64,000 nucleotides of DNA, taken from contig JAJRVQ010000197.1 of the NCBI GenBank assembly GCA_024277255.1, positions 40,991-104,990 of the forward strand, read 5' to 3'. Of the stretch, positions 52,519-63,084 are shown piece after piece. The notes under the pieces are model-generated. The model was not told the origin of the DNA. It did not search any database and saw only the letters and a program-made list of their open reading frames with translations. The position numbers and the translations under genes were made by a program. Source of the stretch: Acidobacteriota bacterium. GTDB taxonomy: Bacteria; Acidobacteriota; Thermoanaerobaculia; Multivoradales; SZUA-115. Numbering within the stretch: position 1 is the first letter of the stretch; each line of letters starts with the position of its first letter.

Positions 52519-53325
52519 TCAGCCACCGAGTAGAACGCGGGCACGCTGGCGGACCGCAGTGGCCAGATTGGCGGAGGCGGCGATCGTTTTTTGGTCGCCT
52601 TTCTTGAGCAAAGGTAGGAGGCGCAGGGTCACCGGAACCGGGGTTCTCGGGTTCTTGGCGATGGCTTGCCTGACGGCGTAGCGCACCCCCCACCTTCGGT
52701 TACCGGCCACCAGTTCCAGCACCTGCGGCAGGGTCGAAACAGAGGTGATCATCGGCATCAGAGTGGCCTCGGTCAACCTCGGGTTTTCCAGCAACGCGAC
52801 GATCACCGGACGGTTGGGATCGCGGCGCAACTGAACCAGAGCCGTTGGACTGGCCCGGCGGGCGAGGGTCACCCGTTCCCCCACCGCCAGACTGGGGAGC
52901 CGCTCGACCAAGTAACGCTGCGCCGAGCGGCGGATCACCGGTTTGATTCTGGTGTCCAGCCCGACTTCCATCAGGTCGCGCCAGAAGAGGCCCGGAATCA
53001 GCTTGAGGGCCAGCGCCGGAGGCAGCTTCGGGTGACGGGCGAGGGCACGGCGAAGATCGTAGACCCGCAGCAACCTATCGTGGCCGACCAGCCAGCGCAG
53101 CACCTCTTCGCCGGCAAAGGGGTTTCTCAGCAGCTGCCTGGCTTGCGGCGCCGAGACCTCATCGCCCAACTCGCCGATCAGGGCAATGAGGGTGGCGGCA
53201 TCCGCCTCGCGGAGGCGACGCAAGAGGCCGTCGCTCGCCGCTGGCGAATCCGACGAACTCCCCGCCGGGGGAGTTTGCGGCGGGGTCTCCGGTGCGTGGT
53301 CAGAGGAAATGGGTCGATCCGGCAC
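52519..53325 (-). CDS. hypothetical helical-repeat protein (LRV/HEAT-like), paralogous to 50399..51442
   Basis: LLENPRLTEATL, AIAKNPRTPVPVTLRLLPLL...ATAVRQRARVL. GTG start is uncertain. Confidence 0.55.
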   Translation of the reverse strand: MPDRPISSDHAPETPPQTPPAGSSSDSPAASDGLLRRLREADAATLIALIGELGDEVSAPQARQLLRNPFAGEEVLRWLVGHDRLLRVYDLRRALARHPKLPPALALKLIPGLFWRDLMEVGLDTRIKPVIRRSAQRYLVERLPSLAVGERVTLARRASPTALVQLRRDPNRPVIVALLENPRLTEATLMPMITSVSTLPQVLELVAGNRRWGVRYAVRQAIAKNPRTPVPVTLRLLPLLKKGDQKTIAASANLATAVRQRARVLLGG

Positions 53326-53361
53326 CCGATCAGTCTATCGATCTGCTATCTTTCCTGGCTC

Positions 53362-55455
53362 ATGGCAATATCCAGGCAGTTACGAGAAGCAATCGGCAAG
53401 GGCAAGTCCGACACCATCGAAGACGCTTGGCTCGAGCGGCTCGAAGAGAACCCGCGCGACCTCGAGTTCTTTACCGGCATCGCCCGCTCCTTGGTCGGCT
53501 CGAACCAGAACGAGCGCGCACAGACGCTGCTCCAGACTCTCGATGAAGAGCTGATCGGCAAAGATCTATGGCAAGAACGGCTGGCGATGCTGCGGCGGGC
53601 AGGCGCCATCCTCGAGCCCAAGGCGGAAACCTTGCACGCCACCATCCTGGAGACCCTAGGCAAGCTCTATGCCGAACGCTCCCACCTCGAGGGCATCACC
53701 GAAGTCGTCGGCCTGCACCGAGCGCCGGGAGATACCGCCAAGACTTGGGACAAAGTCGATCGTCTTGAGCAACTGATGGCCTTCGATGTCGGCGCGGTGG
53801 TGCGCATGGAGGGCAAGGGGGCCGGCCGGGTCACCGATGTCAACTTCGCGCTGCAAAGCTTCAAGGTGGATTTCGAGCGTCACAAGGGGCTGACCGTGGG
53901 CTTCCGGGCAGCCTCGAAGATGCTTGAGGCTCTGCCGCCCGAGCACCTCCAGCGGCGCAAGCTCGAGTCCCCCGACGAGCTCCTGGCGCTGGTCAAGAGC
54001 GACCCCCCGGAACTTCTGCGTCTGGTCATGGAAAGCCACGGCAAGCCGATGGCTGCCGGGGACGTCCGGCGGGTGCTCAGCGGCATCGTCAGCGAATCGG
54101 GTTGGACCTCTTGGTGGGCCGCGGCGCGCAAGCACCCACAGGTGATCGGCGGTAGCGGCGGCAAGAAGAAATACTCGTGGGCGGCGAGTAGTGAAGATGC
54201 CGCCCAGAGCGTTTGGCGCTCGTTTGAAAAGGCCGAGCCCCATCAGCAGCTCGACCTGCTGCGCAAGTCCGGTGACCGCGATCCACAGCTCGCCGATCGC
54301 ATGGCGCTGGCCCTGTCGCAAGTCGGCGCGCGGGCGGCATCCAGCAATCCTGCTCTGGCCCTCGAGATTCGTTTCAGCTTGAATAGGCTGAACCGGGAGC
54401 CGGGCGACGAGAATCCCGAAAGCTGGTCGGCGGAAAAGCTCCTCGCCGCTTCCGCCTCGCCCGCGGTGTTGATCGTCGGCGTCAAAGACCGCCAGCTGCG
54501 CGAGCGGGCTTGGCGCTCGCTGGCCGATCGCGCAGACTGGGTCGAACTCTACAGTGAGGGACTCAAGCGGGAAACCGACGCGCGCAACCTCAACTTGCTA
54601 GCCGACGCATTGACCGCCGAGGATAGTGAAGCGCTCGGACGGTTCGCCGACAGCACGGTAACGCAACCGCACAAGAATCCCGCTGCCTTCACCTGGCTGA
54701 CCGAGCGCGCCGCCAGCAATGACGCACTGCTGGCGCGAAACCCTCTGCGCTGGATCCAGCAGCTGCTGATTTCGCTCTCACGAGACGAGCTGTCGCCCTA
54801 TCGGACGCGACTGCTGGCCCAACTCGAGTCGAGAGGCGCCTTGCCACGCGCCATGGCTCTGCTCAGTCCGCGACAGGCCGTCCAGGCCAAGGAAGCACTC
54901 GAGCGAGCCCCGGCCTTGGAGTCGTATCAGCGCTCCGACCTGGTCGCCGGCCTTGAACTGCGCTTCCCTTCGTTGCGCGGCGAGGTCGAACCGCTCTACG
55001 CGTTGAGCGATTCGATCGACGAGAAGCGTGCCGAACTCAAGAAGCTGGTCGAGATCGAGATTCCGGCCAACCGCAAGGCCATCGAAGAGGCACGGGCGAT
55101 GGGCGACTTGCGGGAGAACTTCGAATACAAATCGGCTCGGGCTCGCCACGAGTATCTGAACGCTCGCGCCCACGAACTCAACGGTCAGCTGGAGCGCTCC
55201 CGCCCCCTCAACCTGGCCACGGTCGACACCTCACAGGTGCGCGTCGGCACTCGCCTCGACCTCGAAACCGCCGGCGGCGAGAGCCGGGTGGTGAGTATCC
55301 TCGGGCCCTGGGAGAGCGATCCCGATGGCGGCATCATCTCCTTCGAGAGCGAAGCGGCACGGGGGCTACTGGGCAAAAAGGTCGGTGACCAAGCCGACTT
55401 CGCCGGCGAATCCGTCCGCATTACCGCGATCGGTCGTGCCAGCCTCCCTGGCTGA
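53362..55455 (+). CDS. long GreA/GreB-domain protein (540-aa unknown N-region + C-terminal GreA-like domain)
   Basis: Trimmed to ATG 53362. C-terminus EEARAMGDLRENFEYKSARARHEYLNARAHELNGQLERS...VRVGTRLDLE...ILGPWESDPDGGIISFESEAARGLLGKKVGD matches the GreA coiled-coil plus FKBP-like domain pattern. Confidence 0.7.
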   Translation: MAISRQLREAIGKGKSDTIEDAWLERLEENPRDLEFFTGIARSLVGSNQNERAQTLLQTLDEELIGKDLWQERLAMLRRAGAILEPKAETLHATILETLGKLYAERSHLEGITEVVGLHRAPGDTAKTWDKVDRLEQLMAFDVGAVVRMEGKGAGRVTDVNFALQSFKVDFERHKGLTVGFRAASKMLEALPPEHLQRRKLESPDELLALVKSDPPELLRLVMESHGKPMAAGDVRRVLSGIVSESGWTSWWAAARKHPQVIGGSGGKKKYSWAASSEDAAQSVWRSFEKAEPHQQLDLLRKSGDRDPQLADRMALALSQVGARAASSNPALALEIRFSLNRLNREPGDENPESWSAEKLLAASASPAVLIVGVKDRQLRERAWRSLADRADWVELYSEGLKRETDARNLNLLADALTAEDSEALGRFADSTVTQPHKNPAAFTWLTERAASNDALLARNPLRWIQQLLISLSRDELSPYRTRLLAQLESRGALPRAMALLSPRQAVQAKEALERAPALESYQRSDLVAGLELRFPSLRGEVEPLYALSDSIDEKRAELKKLVEIEIPANRKAIEEARAMGDLRENFEYKSARARHEYLNARAHELNGQLERSRPLNLATVDTSQVRVGTRLDLETAGGESRVVSILGPWESDPDGGIISFESEAARGLLGKKVGDQADFAGESVRITAIGRASLPG

Positions 55456-55467
55456 GCCAAGCCTGCT

Positions 55468-56121
55468 CTATTCCAGGGCCTGCAACCCGTAGAGTTCGAC
55501 CACCATCTCGTCGATCCGCACCAGCACGCGATCTCCCAACGTGGTCAACCGTGGGTGGAGGCGCAGCACGGCGCGACCTTCCTCGCTGGAGGCCTCGATG
55601 CGTAGATCGGCGCCGCGTTGCTCGATACCTTGCTGGCGCCAAAGACCGTCGATCAATTCGTAGGTTTGTTCGCCCAGCTGACGCACCTCTGCGATCTCGC
55701 CGGTGGGCGGCGATGGTTGCGGTAGCTTGCCGACGATCAGCGCCGTACGCGGCTGCTGGGCACGCTCGACTTCGGAAGCGAAGAAGTAGACCAAGGCCGC
55801 CAGGCAAGCGACCAGGAAGAAGGTAAAGAACAGCGGCGAGCCCTGGGGAGTTCCACGCAACCGATCCTCCATCCGGTCGAGCCAACCGCGAGACGGCCGT
55901 GGGGCCAGGGAGATTCGCCGTTGGACGGTTCTCGCCATCAGCGGTGGAGGCACCGCTCTTTCCAGCTGCCGCAGGCTACCGACCACCCTGCGCGTGCGAC
56001 GCAGCCGCTCCCGGCAACCGGGGCACTCCCCGAGGTGCTCGACCAAGCGCAGAAGCCTCGGTGCTTCGAGTTCGTCGTCGAGATAGGCCGAGAGATCTTC
56101 GGCGGTAGCGTGCTGGCTCAC
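55468..56121 (-). CDS. anti-sigma factor (zf-HC2 / ZAS type), single TM
   Basis: LSAYLDDELEAPRLLRLVEHLGECPGCRERL (HxxxCxxC). TM LFFTFFLVACLAALVYFF. GTGA overlap with the sigma gene stop. Confidence 0.8.
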   Translation of the reverse strand: MSQHATAEDLSAYLDDELEAPRLLRLVEHLGECPGCRERLRRTRRVVGSLRQLERAVPPPLMARTVQRRISLAPRPSRGWLDRMEDRLRGTPQGSPLFFTFFLVACLAALVYFFASEVERAQQPRTALIVGKLPQPSPPTGEIAEVRQLGEQTYELIDGLWRQQGIEQRGADLRIEASSEEGRAVLRLHPRLTTLGDRVLVRIDEMVVELYGLQALE

Positions 56122-56735
56122 AGGTCTTTCTCCAACAGAGTCATCTCCAACAGGGTCTTCAACCGTTCGCGGCCACGAGAGATTCGCGAACGCACCGTCC
56201 CCACCCGCAACCCCAAGACCTCGGCAATTTCCGCGTAACTCAACCCTTCCAGATCTCGCAAGATCACAGCCTCACGAAAGGTCGGTTTGAGCTGACTCAA
56301 CGCAGCCGCGACCACGCGCTCGGTATCGTGGGCGAGTGTGCGCTCCTCGGGACCTCGGCGGGGATCTTCGAACGCCCGCGAGTCGTCGCGCTGCAACGGC
56401 TTCACCGCCAGCTGCTTGCGACCGAGACGGCTATGACAGTAGTTGAGTGTCACTCGGTAGATCCAGGTCTTGAGCGTCGATCGGCCGGCGAACTTGGTCA
56501 GATGCCGGTAGATGCGCAAGAAAACCTCCTGCGCCAGATCGGCGGCATCCTCCGCGTTACCCGACATGCGCAGAGCAAGGTTGTACACCATCGGCGAGAA
56601 GCGTTGGTAGACCTCCTCGAAGGCCGCCTCGTCGCCATGACGGTGCCGCGTCACCAGGTCGAGGTCGCTGTGTCCGACTTCGCTGTACCCGGTATGACTG
56701 GCCTCACCGTGAATGGCTTCGATCGCTTGCTCCAT
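56118..56735 (-). CDS. ECF RNA polymerase sigma factor
   Basis: Trimmed to ATG 56735. Region 2 AFEEVYQRFSPMVYNLALRMSGNAEDAADLAQEVFLRIY. Region 4 REAVILRDLEGLSYAEIAEVLGLRVGTVRSRISRGRERL. Confidence 0.88.
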   Translation of the reverse strand: MEQAIEAIHGEASHTGYSEVGHSDLDLVTRHRHGDEAAFEEVYQRFSPMVYNLALRMSGNAEDAADLAQEVFLRIYRHLTKFAGRSTLKTWIYRVTLNYCHSRLGRKQLAVKPLQRDDSRAFEDPRRGPEERTLAHDTERVVAAALSQLKPTFREAVILRDLEGLSYAEIAEVLGLRVGTVRSRISRGRERLKTLLEMTLLEKDL

Positions 56736-56781
56736 TGCACCATGGACTCTACAGGCGCAGAGAAAGTTCCCCCGCGGACCC

Positions 56782-58578
56782 TCAGCGCGCCGCCTCAGCC
56801 ACGCGTAGGGTCTCCAACTCCCGCTGCGGCACTCCGTAGTAAGCGAGGAGCCCTTCGACCACCGCCTGCGCCATCTTCTGGCGCTGTGCTCGCGTTTGCA
56901 GCAGGCGCCTGTCCTTCTCGTTGGACAGGTTGCACAGCTCCAGGAGTACTTTGGCCGGCACCGCGTTGTAGCGCAAGACGGCGGGGACATACTGCTGGCG
57001 CCGGCGGATGATCTTCTCGCGGATCGGCTTGTCTTTGTGCACCGCCAGCTTATGCCGGCGGAAGGCCCGTAGCAGGTCATCGGCCAGATCGCGCGACAAC
57101 CCTTCGCTCTGTACCCGGCTGTGGGAGGAGAAACTTACTTTCGGAGCCTCTTTGTACTCCTTGCGCGCAGCATAGACCGGACCCGAGCGGCCGTAGGTTC
57201 CGCCACGCAGCCGAGCGTCCGGTACGTAGACCATGGCGCCACGCAACGACGGGTGCAACGAGTCGGCATGCAGCGACAGGAAGAGCACCTTCTTCGGATC
57301 GACCTTCTTCTTGCGCCGCTGGCGGTAGATGCTGTTGGCCAGGTACCAGCGCAGGTTGGTTCCGATCGCCGCCGTCTCGATCTCGTACGGAGGGGTGGTC
57401 AGTACCCGGTGGCGGCGCGAGAAACTCAGCACGTCGCGGTCTTCGGGCAGGGTTCGATCTCCATCTTGCACCGTGACGATGACATTCGCCGCCGTGTAGG
57501 TCTCGAGTAGGTGGCGCACCCTCACCATCACGTCATAGACGTACAGACTCTCCCAAACCCCGGCGAACGAGGCCCCCGAATCAGCACCTCCGTGGCCGGC
57601 ATCGAGGATCACCGTCACGCCGGAAAGGCCCAAGGCCTGAACTTGATTGCCAAAACGGGCCGACGCAGCCATCGCCGCCTCGTACTCGCTGCGCCGTGGG
57701 TGGCCGGCGGGTAGATGCTCGGGTAGCAGGAGTTCGAACGGGATCTTGACTCGGTAGCCGACCGGAATATCGGTGACGTCCGAGATGCCGCTACGAAGCG
57801 CCACCTCCTTGGCCAGCGCATTGACATCGTCGGCCAGCAAGCGGCCGGTGAAGCGCACCACGACACTCGAGTAGAGGGCCTCACCAGGGCCCAGCCGGTA
57901 GACGGCGTACTCGCCCTTGCGGTCTTTCTGGTAGTCGAGATGATAGCGAGAAGGGGCCGCCGGATCGGTGGCTGAGTGGATCCCTCCCGTGGCCTCGACA
58001 CCCTGGGGCGCAGAGGAGAGATCTGCTGTCTCGAGGGCCGGCGGCGGCAGAACGGCCCGGAAGGCCGGCAGGAGCAATTGTCGCGGCACCACCAGCATCT
58101 GGCCGGCGACCAGTTCCTCCTCGCTTAGCCGGTTGTGGGCGCGGATCGCCGGGAAGTTCTTGCCGCTGCCGGTGAACCACTGGGAGACTCGCCACAGATT
58201 CTCCCGCGCCAGTTCCCCAAAACCCCGAACCGTGTGATGCCAGCCATCCTCCCGCGCCTTATCTTCGGCGAAGAGGGAGCGAGCCACCGAAACCATCAAC
58301 TCCGGCCGGAGCAACCGGTAGGGAACGCGGTATCTCACCCCGGAACGAAGACCGCGGCTGATGCCGCCGTTGGCCTCGGCGATCGCCTCTGAGGCGGAAG
58401 CGTCGCCGCAAAGGCGCCGGCTGAATGCCCACAGCCCTTCCCCCTCCAGGGGCGCGGCTTCGAGGTGGATCTCTTGCCCCTCGTCGAGCGAAACGACCAA
58501 ACCGGGTTCGAGTTCCACCCTCATCGCCGAGCGCGGAGGCGCTACGGCGAGGAGAGCGAAGGCCGCGAGCAACAGCAT
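56782..58578 (-). CDS. N-acetylmuramoyl-L-alanine amidase (Amidase_3) with N-terminal LysM-like regions
   Basis: Signal MLLLAAFALLAVAPP. VILDAGHGGADSGA, FLSLHADS. Trimmed from the track ORF to ATG 58578. Confidence 0.8.
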   Translation of the reverse strand: MLLLAAFALLAVAPPRSAMRVELEPGLVVSLDEGQEIHLEAAPLEGEGLWAFSRRLCGDASASEAIAEANGGISRGLRSGVRYRVPYRLLRPELMVSVARSLFAEDKAREDGWHHTVRGFGELARENLWRVSQWFTGSGKNFPAIRAHNRLSEEELVAGQMLVVPRQLLLPAFRAVLPPPALETADLSSAPQGVEATGGIHSATDPAAPSRYHLDYQKDRKGEYAVYRLGPGEALYSSVVVRFTGRLLADDVNALAKEVALRSGISDVTDIPVGYRVKIPFELLLPEHLPAGHPRRSEYEAAMAASARFGNQVQALGLSGVTVILDAGHGGADSGASFAGVWESLYVYDVMVRVRHLLETYTAANVIVTVQDGDRTLPEDRDVLSFSRRHRVLTTPPYEIETAAIGTNLRWYLANSIYRQRRKKKVDPKKVLFLSLHADSLHPSLRGAMVYVPDARLRGGTYGRSGPVYAARKEYKEAPKVSFSSHSRVQSEGLSRDLADDLLRAFRRHKLAVHKDKPIREKIIRRRQQYVPAVLRYNAVPAKVLLELCNLSNEKDRRLLQTRAQRQKMAQAVVEGLLAYYGVPQRELETLRVAEAAR

Positions 58579-58774
58579 GCCAGAGCGCGAGCGCGATGGC
58601 TGCGCCACTACCGAGCCAATGGAACCTCGGCGCGCCGCGGCCACGCGAAGGCGGCGGTGCCGTTGTAGGCTCCGCCCTCGGAGATCAGCTGTATCCCTTA
58701 TTTTGTACACACTTAGGGCCACTTTCTTAAAGTGTATGGTAAACCCAGCAGCACCCCTGCCGCAACCGTAGCCT

Positions 58775-60103
58775 ATGATCAGGCCGATGGCCTCGCACCT
58801 CTCAGACCCTCGCTTCGACCGACTTCTCCGCCAACCCCATGTGGAGGCTCTCGCCGCGGCGGCCCGTTCCACCGGCGCTGAAGCTCACCTGGTAGGCGGC
58901 GCCCTTCGCGACTGCTGGCTGCGCCTCGCGGTCAAGGATCTCGACGCCGTGGTGGCCGGCCATGGCCTTGAAATCGCTCGGCAGCTCAGCCGCCTGCTGA
59001 GCGCCAAGCTGGTGCGGTTGGGGGGTGAGCGCTTCGCCGCGTTGCGCCTGGTGGGCGCCGACTTCACACTCGACATTTGGGACCGCTTTGGGAACCAACA
59101 AGAGCAGTCCCTTGGCGAAGACCTCGCCCGGCGCGATCTGACGGTCAACGCCATGGCTCTGGATCTCGCCAACGGCCGACTGAGCGACCCTTTCGGCGGC
59201 CGGGAAGATCTCGCCCGACGCCGCCTGCGCGCCGTCACCGACGAGAGCTTCTCCGCCGATCCCTTGCGCGTGCTGCGCCTACCCCGTTTCGCCCTGCAGC
59301 TAGCCGGCTTCGGCCCCGACCACCATACCTTGCAGCTGGCCCGCGACGCGGCACCGGCACTTCACCGCGTCGCCGTCGAGCGCATTCGAGACGAGTTGGG
59401 CAAGATCTTCCGCCTAGCCGGCACGCAGCGGGCGCTCACCCTACTTCACCAACTCGACCTCTACCCCGCGCTGTGGCTGGGTCAAACGGCCACCGGTGAG
59501 GTGCAGGTCGATCAGCCGCGCACCCTCCACCGCGCCACCAGGCCGCTGGAACGCATCCCCGAGGCCGCACGGCGGCTACAAACCCTCGGCCTGGACGAGC
59601 CGACGCAGAGCGAGCTGGCCGCCACCCGCTTGGCTCTATCCTTCCGCGCCCTGGCTCCCGAGGCCAACCCCGCAGCCCAACTCGAAGCCTTCCGCAAGGC
59701 CGGTTACCTGAGCCGAACCGAGGCGGCCAACGTCGCTCCCCTCTTGCACTTACCTCAACCACCGCGGAGTAAGTTGGACCGCCGCACCTTCCTCCACCAG
59801 AGCGCGGAGCACCAGCGCCCGGCCCTCCTCCTCACCGTCGCCGAGGCTCTCGCCACCCCCGAGCGACCGCCGTGGACCGAGCAACCCCTCGCCGATCTGG
59901 TCCGTCTTGCTCGCCAAGAAGGCGACCAACTCGCCCATCCACCCCGACTGCTCGACGGCCACGAGGTCCAGCAGTTGCTGGGAGCCACCGGCAAGCAGAT
60001 CGGCCAGGCGCTGAAAGAGATCGAGCGAGCCTGGGTCGAGGGGCAAGTCACCAGCAAAGCCGAAGCCCGAGCCTGGCTTTTACGAGCCCGTGCCGCCTCA
60101 TAG
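58775..60103 (+). CDS. tRNA nucleotidyltransferase / poly(A) polymerase family protein (CCA-adding-like)
   Basis: HLVGGALRDCWL...DLDAVV, RRDLTVNAMA, DPLRVLRLPRF. Confidence 0.8.
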   Translation: MIRPMASHLSDPRFDRLLRQPHVEALAAAARSTGAEAHLVGGALRDCWLRLAVKDLDAVVAGHGLEIARQLSRLLSAKLVRLGGERFAALRLVGADFTLDIWDRFGNQQEQSLGEDLARRDLTVNAMALDLANGRLSDPFGGREDLARRRLRAVTDESFSADPLRVLRLPRFALQLAGFGPDHHTLQLARDAAPALHRVAVERIRDELGKIFRLAGTQRALTLLHQLDLYPALWLGQTATGEVQVDQPRTLHRATRPLERIPEAARRLQTLGLDEPTQSELAATRLALSFRALAPEANPAAQLEAFRKAGYLSRTEAANVAPLLHLPQPPRSKLDRRTFLHQSAEHQRPALLLTVAEALATPERPPWTEQPLADLVRLARQEGDQLAHPPRLLDGHEVQQLLGATGKQIGQALKEIERAWVEGQVTSKAEARAWLLRARAAS

Positions 60104-60149
60104 AACAACCCACAAGGAACTCTCCACGACTGTGGTGTTGGCTCAGTTT

Positions 60150-60196
60150 GCCGGTGGGTAGCGGGCGGAGGGCTCCCGCGCCGCCCGCAGCCCGGC
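60150..60196 (+). terminator. GC-rich compound hairpin downstream of cca-like gene
   Basis: GCCGG..GCGGGCGG-N12-CCGCCCGC..CCGGC followed by TTGG. There is no strong U-tract. Confidence 0.3.
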
Positions 60197-60384
60197 TTGG
60201 CGGGCGAGGACGGACGTGGGATACCGACCGGGTAGGGTCCCGCCGGCAAGCTGAGCCACGGTCAAGGCTGTCGCCTCACCCGCCCAACGAGGCGGTTGAC
60301 CTAACCGGCGCAGCGCGTCAGCATCACAAGAGCGGAGCGACTGCGCGCAGTCCATCTCAATCCTGACCACGGAGAGAACTTCTG

Positions 60385-61779
<1,395 letters not shown>

Positions 61780-61905
61780 CCGCCTTCTAACAGCCCCCGC
61801 GCGGCTGGTAAACTCTCGGCCTACTTTCTTCTTGATTCACGCCGTGCGTTGCCACCCTAACCACCGGTAACGCACGGCTCATGGGCTTTCCCGAAGGAGC
61901 TGGCG

Positions 61906-62748
61906 ATGCGGTGGCAAGGACGTAGACAAAGCACAAACGTCGAAGATCGTCGGGGCCGCGGCAAGATGGTCACCCGCGGCGTACCGATCGGCTGCGGTGG
62001 CCTGCTGCTGGTTCTCCTCTTCGCTTTTCTGGGTGGTGACCCCGAGCAACTGATGGACGTCATCAGCCAGGGCCAGGGATCCACCGTCCCTGCGCCGGGA
62101 TCGATGGCCGGCGCTCCTCCCAACGACTCGCTGGGCCAGTTTGCCTCCGTCGTCCTGGCCGACACCGAGGATACTTGGAACGCCCTGTTCGAACGCATGG
62201 GGCGGCGCTATCAAGAGCCCAAACTGGTCCTCTTCAGCGGCAACGTCCGCTCCGCCTGCGGCTTCGCCTCCGCCGCCGTTGGCCCCTTCTACTGCCCGGG
62301 CGACAGCCAACTCTACGTCGACCTCACCTTCTTCGATCAGCTCGCCCGACGATTCGGTGCCCCCGGCGACTTCGGCCAGGCCTACGTCATCGCCCACGAA
62401 ATCGGCCATCACATCCAGAACCAACTCGGCACCAGCCAGCAAGTCCAAACCGCCAAGCGCCGGATGTCCAAAACCGACGCCAACGCCCTCTCCGTTCGCC
62501 TCGAACTCCAAGCCGACTGCTACGCCGGAGTCTGGGGCTACTACGCCCAACGCCACGGCCTGATCGAGCCCGGCGACTTCGAAGAGGGCCTCCGAGCCGC
62601 CGCCGCCATCGGCGACGACCAAATGCAACGCCGAGCCACCGGCTACGTCCAACCCGAGTCCTGGACCCACGGCTCCTCGCAAATGCGCGTCCGATGGCTG
62701 CGCGAAGGGTTGCAAAGCGGCGACCCGGATCGCTGTACGACGCTGTAG
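61906..62748 (+). CDS. ypfJ: neutral zinc metallopeptidase (YpfJ family)
   Basis: MRWQGRRQSTNVEDRRG, TM, FYCPGD, HEIGHH, LELQADCYAGVW. AAGGAG SD. Confidence 0.85.
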   Translation: MRWQGRRQSTNVEDRRGRGKMVTRGVPIGCGGLLLVLLFAFLGGDPEQLMDVISQGQGSTVPAPGSMAGAPPNDSLGQFASVVLADTEDTWNALFERMGRRYQEPKLVLFSGNVRSACGFASAAVGPFYCPGDSQLYVDLTFFDQLARRFGAPGDFGQAYVIAHEIGHHIQNQLGTSQQVQTAKRRMSKTDANALSVRLELQADCYAGVWGYYAQRHGLIEPGDFEEGLRAAAAIGDDQMQRRATGYVQPESWTHGSSQMRVRWLREGLQSGDPDRCTTL

Positions 62749-62822
62749 AGGCTCCTCGTCCCCGCGGCGCTCCCCGGTCGCCCGCGTTGGGGCATCGAGC
62801 CCTGCGTATCGGTTCGCTACGG

Positions 62823-62874
62823 GCGGGCGAGAACTCTCTCCCTTCGGTCGTTCAAACAGGCTCGCCCGCTTTTC
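62823..62874 (+). terminator. possible terminator (9-bp stem, large loop, T-tract)
   Basis: GCGGGCGAG-N29-CTCGCCCGC-TTTTCC, 75 nt after the ypfJ stop. Confidence 0.35.
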
Positions 62875-63005
62875 CTCCGCGAGCCGATCCACACACTCCT
62901 TGGGTCTGTGCCCGCGGGCTCAGGGTCGCTTCAGCGGGAACTCGTCGCTGGACGTTTTCTTGAAGCCTAGCCCCTCGCGGGACACAGCCCTTCGCGCCCT
63001 GGCTC

Positions 63006-63035
63006 TTGACGACATATAGCGAAAGCGCATATCCT
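63006..63035 (+). promoter_or_regulatory. candidate sigma70 promoter TTGACG-N18-TATCCT
   Basis: TTGACG 63006..63011 and TATCCT 63030..63035, 50 nt upstream of ATG 63085. The -10 overlaps the palindrome CTCCTAGGAG. Confidence 0.4.
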
Positions 63036-63084
63036 CCTAGGAGTATGAACATCAAGACGCGAACAGCAAGGAGGTGCTCTCGCC

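Noticed and set aside
60339-60352. Palindrome GACTGCGCGCAGTC, 33 nt upstream of fumC, as a regulatory operator or riboswitch
   Set aside because: It is a short GC palindrome of a kind common in this composition. I could not fit a convincing promoter (TTGACC at 60295..60300 lacks a good -10) or a larger conserved structure. Noted but not called.
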